From Demequinaceae bacterium (lineage in GTDB: Bacteria; Actinomycetota; Actinomycetes; Actinomycetales; Demequinaceae): a DNA stretch of 32,000 nt. Position numbers and translations under genes: made by a program. Positions within the stretch are counted from its first letter, which is position 1; each line of letters starts with the position of its first letter. The notes below the pieces were generated by a model, which saw nothing but the letters and a program-made list of their open reading frames with translations, made no database searches and was not told the origin of the DNA. This document shows, piece by piece, positions 26,341-32,000 of this stretch. The stretch is from contig OZ252279.1 of the NCBI GenBank assembly GCA_965250005.1, forward strand, positions 1,650,001 through 1,682,000, read 5' to 3'.

Positions 26341-28164
26341 ATGATGGTCGCCAACCCCGTAGTCAACGTCGAATCCTCCGTGGAGGAGTACCTGGACCGG
26401 CGCGATTGGCGCGTCAACGCCAACGCCAACCAGGGCTACTCGCTTGGCGGGCTGATTCTCAATACGTCGGGCAAGGTGATAGCCAACTACTGGCTGAGCC
26501 ACGTGTATGCGCCCGAGGCTGGCGAAGCGCACCGCAACGGCGACATCCACATTCACGACCTCGACATGTTCTCGGGGTACTGTGCGGGCTGGTCGCTGCG
26601 CACGCTGCTCGCCGAGGGCTTCAACGGCGTGCCCGGCAAGGTCGAGGCAAGCCCGGCAAAACATTTCTCGAGCGCTGTCGGCCAGATCGTCAACTTCCTT
26701 GGCACGCTCCAGAACGAGTGGGCCGGCGCGCAGGCGTTCAGTTCGTTCGACACTTACATGGCGCCGTTCATCCGCTACGAAGGCTTGGGCTACCGCGAGG
26801 TCCGCCAGGGGATACAGGAGCTCATCTATAACCTCAACGTCCCGTCACGGTGGGGTACCCAGACGCCGTTCACCAACCTCACGTTCGATTGGACCTGCCC
26901 AGAGGACTTGCGCGACCAGCACCCCAATATCGCGGGCCGCGAAATGGACTTCACCTACGGAAAGCTCCAGTACGAGATGGACATGATCAATCGGGCGTAC
27001 ATCGACGTGATGACCACAGGTGACGCGGCGGGCCGCGTCTTCACATTCCCCATCCCGACCTATAACATCACCAAGGACTTCGACTGGGATTCGGAAAACG
27101 CGGATCTGCTGTTCGAGATGACCGCGAAGTACGGGCTACCGTATTTCCAGAACTTCATCAGTTCGGACCTCGAGCCGCACATGGTGCGCTCGATGTGCTG
27201 CCGTCTCCAGTTGGACCTGCGCGAACTCGTCAAGCGTGGCAACGGGCTGTTTGGCTCGGCGGAGCAGACCGGCTCGATAGGGGTCGTCACCGTGAACTGC
27301 GCGCGGCTGGGTTACACCTACGCTGGAGACCGCCCGGGCCTCTATGCGCAGTTCGACAGGCTGATCGACATCGCGGTCGGCACGCTAGAGGTCAAGCGAA
27401 CGGTAATCCAGAAGGGTATCGACGAGGGGCTCTTTCCCTACACGCGTCGCTACCTGGGGACACTGCGAAACCACTTCTCCACCATCGGCGTCAATGGGAT
27501 CAACGAGATGGTCCGGAACTTCACGGGCGACGAGCACGACATCACAACACCCGAGGGTCTGTTAATCGCGTCGGAATTGCTCGATCACGTGCGCGATCGC
27601 ATGATCGATGTACAGGAATCCACGGGCCACATGTACAACCTTGAGGCCACTCCGGCTGAAGGAACCACGTACCGGTTCGCGAAAGAAGACAAGCGCCGGT
27701 ACCCTGAGATCCTCCAGGCGGGAACTACCGAACAGCCGTACTACACGAACTCGTCGCAACTGCCGGTGGGCTTCACCGAGGACCCGTTTGAGGCCGTCGA
27801 GCGCCAGGAGGGGCTGCAGTCCAAGTACACGGGCGGAACGGTCCTGCACCTCTACATGGGGGAGCGCGTCTCAAGCGCCGACGCATGCAAGGAACTGGTG
27901 CGCCGGACGCTCACGACGGCGCGGTTGCCGTACATCACGGTCACGCCAACCTTCTCGATTTGCCCGCAGCACGGCTACCTGCCGGGGGAGCAGCCCACGT
28001 GTGCGCTGTGCGCGGCCGAATTCCCCGACCGCGAGCCGCAAATGTGCGAGATCTGGACGCGCGTCATGGGCTATCACCGGCCCGTGTCGTCATTCAACAT
28101 CGGCAAGAAGGGCGAGCACGCCGAGCGCGTGCACTTCAAAGAGGAGGCGGCAATTCTGGCATGA
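26341..28164 (+). CDS. nrdD: Anaerobic (class III) ribonucleoside-triphosphate reductase
   Basis: NGDIHIHDLDMFSGYCAGWSLRTLL, SICPQHGYLPGEQPTCALC zinc site, C-terminal IWTRVMGYHRPVSSFNIGKKGEHAERVHF glycyl radical region. Confidence 0.96.
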   Translation: MMVANPVVNVESSVEEYLDRRDWRVNANANQGYSLGGLILNTSGKVIANYWLSHVYAPEAGEAHRNGDIHIHDLDMFSGYCAGWSLRTLLAEGFNGVPGKVEASPAKHFSSAVGQIVNFLGTLQNEWAGAQAFSSFDTYMAPFIRYEGLGYREVRQGIQELIYNLNVPSRWGTQTPFTNLTFDWTCPEDLRDQHPNIAGREMDFTYGKLQYEMDMINRAYIDVMTTGDAAGRVFTFPIPTYNITKDFDWDSENADLLFEMTAKYGLPYFQNFISSDLEPHMVRSMCCRLQLDLRELVKRGNGLFGSAEQTGSIGVVTVNCARLGYTYAGDRPGLYAQFDRLIDIAVGTLEVKRTVIQKGIDEGLFPYTRRYLGTLRNHFSTIGVNGINEMVRNFTGDEHDITTPEGLLIASELLDHVRDRMIDVQESTGHMYNLEATPAEGTTYRFAKEDKRRYPEILQAGTTEQPYYTNSSQLPVGFTEDPFEAVERQEGLQSKYTGGTVLHLYMGERVSSADACKELVRRTLTTARLPYITVTPTFSICPQHGYLPGEQPTCALCAAEFPDREPQMCEIWTRVMGYHRPVSSFNIGKKGEHAERVHFKEEAAILA

Positions 28165-28889
28165 CAGTCAAGAACCCCACGGGTGCCGCTCCGCCGCACG
28201 CGGACTCGCTCGCGATCGCGGGGTTCACGCCGTTCTCGACCGTCGACTGGCCGGGGAAGTTAGCAGCGACAGTGTTTCTTCAGGGTTGCCCGTGGCGGTG
28301 CGGCTACTGCCAGAATCCCGGGCTCATGGACCCGCGCGCGCCAGGAACGGTGCCGTGGTCGCGAGTGTCGCGGTTACTTGAGCGGCGCCGGGGCAAACTT
28401 GACGCAGTGGTCTTCTCCGGCGGCGAGCCCACCCGCCAGGGCGCGCTGACCGATGCCGTGGATCAGGCGCGCGAGCTGGGCTTCAAGGTGGGCCTGCACA
28501 CATCGGGCGCCTACCCTGAGCGGCTGCGCGAACTGCTTCGGATGCTCGACTGGGTGGCGCTCGACATCAAGGCACCGCGATCGCGGTACCCCTTGGTGGC
28601 GGGCGCGGCCGCGGCGGGGGAACGCGCGTGGCGGTCGCTCCGCTATGTCGTGGATTCGGGAGTTGACCACGAGATTCGGACCACCGTCGACCCTGTGACG
28701 CTCACGCGAGCAGATGTGACCCAGTTGGCCGGTGCCGTGGTGCGCGCCGGAGCGAATGCGCCTGTTTTGCAGGAGGCGAGAGCTGACGGAACGCTACCGG
28801 GCTACGCGGCTCAACTCGGGCCAGCGACGCTCGACTCCGTTGTACCGCGCACCGTGCTTCCGCATCTCGAACGGCGCTATGCGCACTAG
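28161..28889 (+). CDS. nrdG: Anaerobic ribonucleoside-triphosphate reductase activating protein (radical SAM)
   Basis: FSTVDWPGKLAATVFLQGCPWRCGYCQNPGL with a CxxxCxxC radical SAM cluster; 4-bp overlap with nrdD. Confidence 0.95.
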   Translation: MTVKNPTGAAPPHADSLAIAGFTPFSTVDWPGKLAATVFLQGCPWRCGYCQNPGLMDPRAPGTVPWSRVSRLLERRRGKLDAVVFSGGEPTRQGALTDAVDQARELGFKVGLHTSGAYPERLRELLRMLDWVALDIKAPRSRYPLVAGAAAAGERAWRSLRYVVDSGVDHEIRTTVDPVTLTRADVTQLAGAVVRAGANAPVLQEARADGTLPGYAAQLGPATLDSVVPRTVLPHLERRYAH

Positions 28890-29021
28890 TGTCCCAGGCC
28901 TCCGAGCCCTCGCCGCTACTCACTCTGCCGCTCCGCTGGTTTGCGCGAATTGCCACTAGTGCGTATATCCTGCGCGAGTCGCCCCTCATCTGGGGCCTCC
29001 CGATCTGAGGAAGCAGGATTC

Positions 29022-31712
29022 ATGGCCGCCGGCCGCAAACTCGTCATTGTTGAGTCGCCTACTAAGGCGCGCACGATCGGTGGACTCCTGGGTCCCGATT
29101 ACGATGTTGTCTCCTCCGTTGGCCACATCCGGGACCTTCCGCAGCCGTCGCAACTGCCTGCGGACAAGCGCGAGGGATCGCTCGGCAAATTCGCTGTCGA
29201 CGTCGAGAGTGGCTTCGAGCCGTACTACGTGATCTCGGCTGACAAGAAGAAGATTGTCAGCGACATGAAGAAGAGGCTAAAAGACGCGTCCGAGGTCCTG
29301 CTCGCAACCGATGAAGACCGCGAGGGCGAGGCCATCGCGTGGCACCTCCTCGAGGTACTCAAGCCCAAGGTAGAGGTCAAGAGGCTCGCGTTTCACGAGA
29401 TCACGCCCGAAGGAATCGAGCGCGCGCTTGCCAGCCCGCGCGACGTTGACATGGAACTGGTGGAGGCTCAAGAAGCCCGCCGCGTGCTCGACCGCATCTA
29501 CGGCTACGAGGTTTCCCCGGTGCTGTGGCGCAAGGTGGGACCAGGCCTGAGCGCTGGCCGCGTGCAGTCCATCGCACTACGGCTGATCGTTGACCGCGAG
29601 CGCGAGCGCATGGCCTTCACCACCGCTGAGTACTGGGATCTGCAAGCCACGTTCGCGGCAAACTCCGGGCCCGATGCGGGGAACACGTTCGACGCTAAGC
29701 TCACCACCGTCGACGGCAAACGTGTCGCCACCGGCCGTGACTTTGACGACAAGGGTCAGCTCGAGGGCGACAAGGTCACCCACATCACCGCCGCAACCGC
29801 AGGAGCGCTCGCGTCGGGCCTTGCGTCCGCCGACTTCAGTGTCGCCGCCGTCGAGTCCAAGCCGTACACGCGGCGCCCTGCGGCGCCCTTCATCACTTCC
29901 ACGCTGATCCAGGAGGCCAGCCGAAAGCTGCGCCTGGGAGCGCGCGACGCGATGCGCGTGGCGCAAGGGCTGTACGAGCGCGGTTACATCACCTATATGC
30001 GGACCGATTCCCCGGTGTTGTCGGGAGAGGCCGTCCGCGCCGCGCGCGCCCAGGCAGCAGATCTGTACGGTGCGGAAACGGTGGCCGACAAGCCCCGCGA
30101 GTACACGTCTAAGGACACCAGTGCCCAAGAGGCGCACGAAGCCATCCGACCCGCTGGCGACTCGTTCAAGACGCCCGACCAGATCAAGAGTGACCTGCGC
30201 GGCGACGAATTCCGCCTTTACGACCTGATCTGGAAGCGCACGCTCGCCAGCCAAATGAAGGACGCCAAGGGCACCACTTCCACGCTGCGCATCGGCGCGA
30301 CGACCGCGGCGCATCATGCTGTCGAGTTTTCCGCGTCCGGAACGATCATCACGTTCCTCGGCTTCCTCGCGGCCTATGAGGAATCCAAAGACAAGTCGCG
30401 GTACGACGACGACGACGCGCCAGCCGCCAAGAACAAGGACGACTCGCGCCTGCCCCAACTGGAGCAGGGCGCTGCCGTGACAGCGGCCGAGCTCGAGCCA
30501 GTCACGCACGCGACAACGCCGCCCCCGCGTTTCACGCAGGGCTCCATGATCAAGGAACTTGAGGACCGCAAGTTCGGGCGCCCGTCTACGTACGCGGCGA
30601 CCGTGGACCTCGTCATCGCGCGCGAGTACGTTCGCGTAGACAAGCAGGCGCTCGTTCCCGAGTGGATCGCATTCTCGATTGTGGGCCTCCTTGAGAAGCA
30701 CTTCGACTGGCTGATCGACTACGACTTCACCGCCGACATGGAGGCGGGCCTCGACCGCATCGCGGCCGGCGAACTCGCATCTGTTGACTGGCTCGGCAAG
30801 TTCTACCTGGGCGAAGGAACGGACGAGCACGGCCGCGGCGAGGGCCTAAAGCACTTGGTCGAGGACTTGGGCGACATTGACGCCCGCGCCATCAACACAT
30901 TCGAGATTGGCGAGGGCATTGACCTGCGCGTCGGCCGCTTTGGGCCGTATGTGGAGCGCCTAGTGGATGGCGAGCCGCAGCGCGCGTCGGTCCCTCCGGA
31001 CATGGCCCCCGACGAGTTGAACGTGAAGAACGCGATCGAAATGCTCGAGACTCAGGGTCAGGACGAGCGCGAGCTTGGCACCCATCCCGAGACCGAACTG
31101 CCGATTATCGCGAAGGCCGGACGCTTCGGCCCCTACGTCACCGAGGTGCTTCCCGAGGACTCCAAGGCGAAGCCCAAGACCGCCTCGCTGTTCAAGTCGA
31201 TGCAGCTGGAGACGCTCACACTCGAGGACGCGGTAGTTCTCATGTCCTTGCCGCGTGTGGTGGGCCGGGACCCGGAGTCCGAGGATGACATCACCGCGCA
31301 GAATGGCCGCTACGGCCCGTACCTGAAGAAGGGCACGGACTCGCGTTCGCTAGAGACCGAGGAGCAGCTGCTGACGGTGACTCTTGAGGAAGCGCTCGCG
31401 ATCTACGCGCAGCCCAAGCGCGGCCGTGGGCGTCCCGTGGCCCCGCCGCTCAAGGAATTGGGCGTGGACCCAAGTAACGAGAAGCCGATAGTCATCAAGG
31501 CCGGCCGCTTTGGTGAGTACATCACCGACGGCGAAACCAACGTGACGATTCCGCGTGGCGAGACTGTCGAAGAGATGGATCACGAGCGCGCGGTCGAACT
31601 GCTCGCCGACAAGCGCGCCAAAGGGCCGGCGAAGAAGAAGCGCCGCGCTCCGGCGAAGAAGAAGCCTGCCGTAAAGAAGGCTGCCGCGAAGAAAGCGGCG
31701 CCCAAGGAGTAG
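29022..31712 (+). CDS. topA: DNA topoisomerase I
   Basis: KLVIVESPTKARTIGGLLG, TDEDREGEAIAWHL, SAGRVQSIALRLIVDRE, YITYMRTDSPVLS, several GRFGPYV repeats and a Lys/Ala-rich C-terminal tail. Confidence 0.98.
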   Translation: MAAGRKLVIVESPTKARTIGGLLGPDYDVVSSVGHIRDLPQPSQLPADKREGSLGKFAVDVESGFEPYYVISADKKKIVSDMKKRLKDASEVLLATDEDREGEAIAWHLLEVLKPKVEVKRLAFHEITPEGIERALASPRDVDMELVEAQEARRVLDRIYGYEVSPVLWRKVGPGLSAGRVQSIALRLIVDRERERMAFTTAEYWDLQATFAANSGPDAGNTFDAKLTTVDGKRVATGRDFDDKGQLEGDKVTHITAATAGALASGLASADFSVAAVESKPYTRRPAAPFITSTLIQEASRKLRLGARDAMRVAQGLYERGYITYMRTDSPVLSGEAVRAARAQAADLYGAETVADKPREYTSKDTSAQEAHEAIRPAGDSFKTPDQIKSDLRGDEFRLYDLIWKRTLASQMKDAKGTTSTLRIGATTAAHHAVEFSASGTIITFLGFLAAYEESKDKSRYDDDDAPAAKNKDDSRLPQLEQGAAVTAAELEPVTHATTPPPRFTQGSMIKELEDRKFGRPSTYAATVDLVIAREYVRVDKQALVPEWIAFSIVGLLEKHFDWLIDYDFTADMEAGLDRIAAGELASVDWLGKFYLGEGTDEHGRGEGLKHLVEDLGDIDARAINTFEIGEGIDLRVGRFGPYVERLVDGEPQRASVPPDMAPDELNVKNAIEMLETQGQDERELGTHPETELPIIAKAGRFGPYVTEVLPEDSKAKPKTASLFKSMQLETLTLEDAVVLMSLPRVVGRDPESEDDITAQNGRYGPYLKKGTDSRSLETEEQLLTVTLEEALAIYAQPKRGRGRPVAPPLKELGVDPSNEKPIVIKAGRFGEYITDGETNVTIPRGETVEEMDHERAVELLADKRAKGPAKKKRRAPAKKKPAVKKAAAKKAAPKE

Positions 31713-31852
31713 GGGCGCCGAAGACGCAACGTACCGTCCCGTTGGCCTCACTCCACCCCCGAGGACTGTGGGGCGGCGTATGTATTGTTCTCAGCAAACT
31801 CCCAGGGTGCCGTGGTCTAGTTTCACTAGGCCCGCAACCGATGGAGGCGCAC

Positions 31853-32000
31853 ATGCAGAAGTTTTCGCCCGTGAAACGCCGGGCGCCATCGCCTCGGCGC
31901 GCACGCCGTCGCGCGGTCGCCGTTGGGTATGCAGCGATCACGGTGGTCGTTTTTGCCGCAGGTTGCGGCGCAGTCCAGTCCGCCGCGTCAGCGTCCGAGC
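31853..32000 (+). CDS. Start of a possible lipoprotein, truncated by window edge
   Basis: MQKFSPVKRRAPSPRRARRRAVAVGYAAITVVVFAAGCGAVQSAASASE; basic n-region, hydrophobic core and lipobox-like FAAGC. Frame open to the window end. Confidence 0.5.
   Translation, partial: MQKFSPVKRRAPSPRRARRRAVAVGYAAITVVVFAAGCGAVQSAASASE

Noticed and set aside
1-32000. CRISPR arrays, transposases, phage genes, tRNA/rRNA
   Set aside because: No evenly spaced direct repeats, transposase-like ORFs, phage structural genes or recognisable RNA genes seen by eye; a tool scan (tRNAscan, CRISPR finder, Rfam) would be decisive.

Overview
This is a high-GC actinobacterial chromosomal window with mostly ordinary gene content. 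In order it holds ppk1 (minus, truncated by the window edge), a dodecin, an ABC exporter with a fused permease, a cupredoxin-like lipoprotein, a CASTOR/POLLUX-like channel protein, acs, a pair of small paralogous proteins, a membrane acyltransferase, an MFS transporter, an SGNH hydrolase, a HAD-IB hydrolase, a reduced tad/Flp-pilus locus, a regulatory/envelope block, hppA, nrdD-nrdG behind tandem NrdR-like boxes, topA, and the start of a possible lipoprotein. The most interesting part is 17.5-23.4 kb. It has two SigE-family/ECF-like sigma factors, each overlapping by 4 bp (GTGA or ATGA) a downstream single-pass membrane protein with a short basic N-terminal segment and a large predicted ectodomain. 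A third, orphan membrane protein between them is a clear paralog of the first partner. The sigma-A gene and the orphan partner share an aligned 38-nt upstream block with a -35/-10-like architecture (GGTTTYCC...CGTAT...TAGAGGCG, identical spacing). This suggests one sigma factor drives both its own operon and the orphan. The two related ectodomains are Cys- and aromatic-rich and resemble nothing I can name. No rRNA, tRNA, CRISPR array or transposon was recognised.
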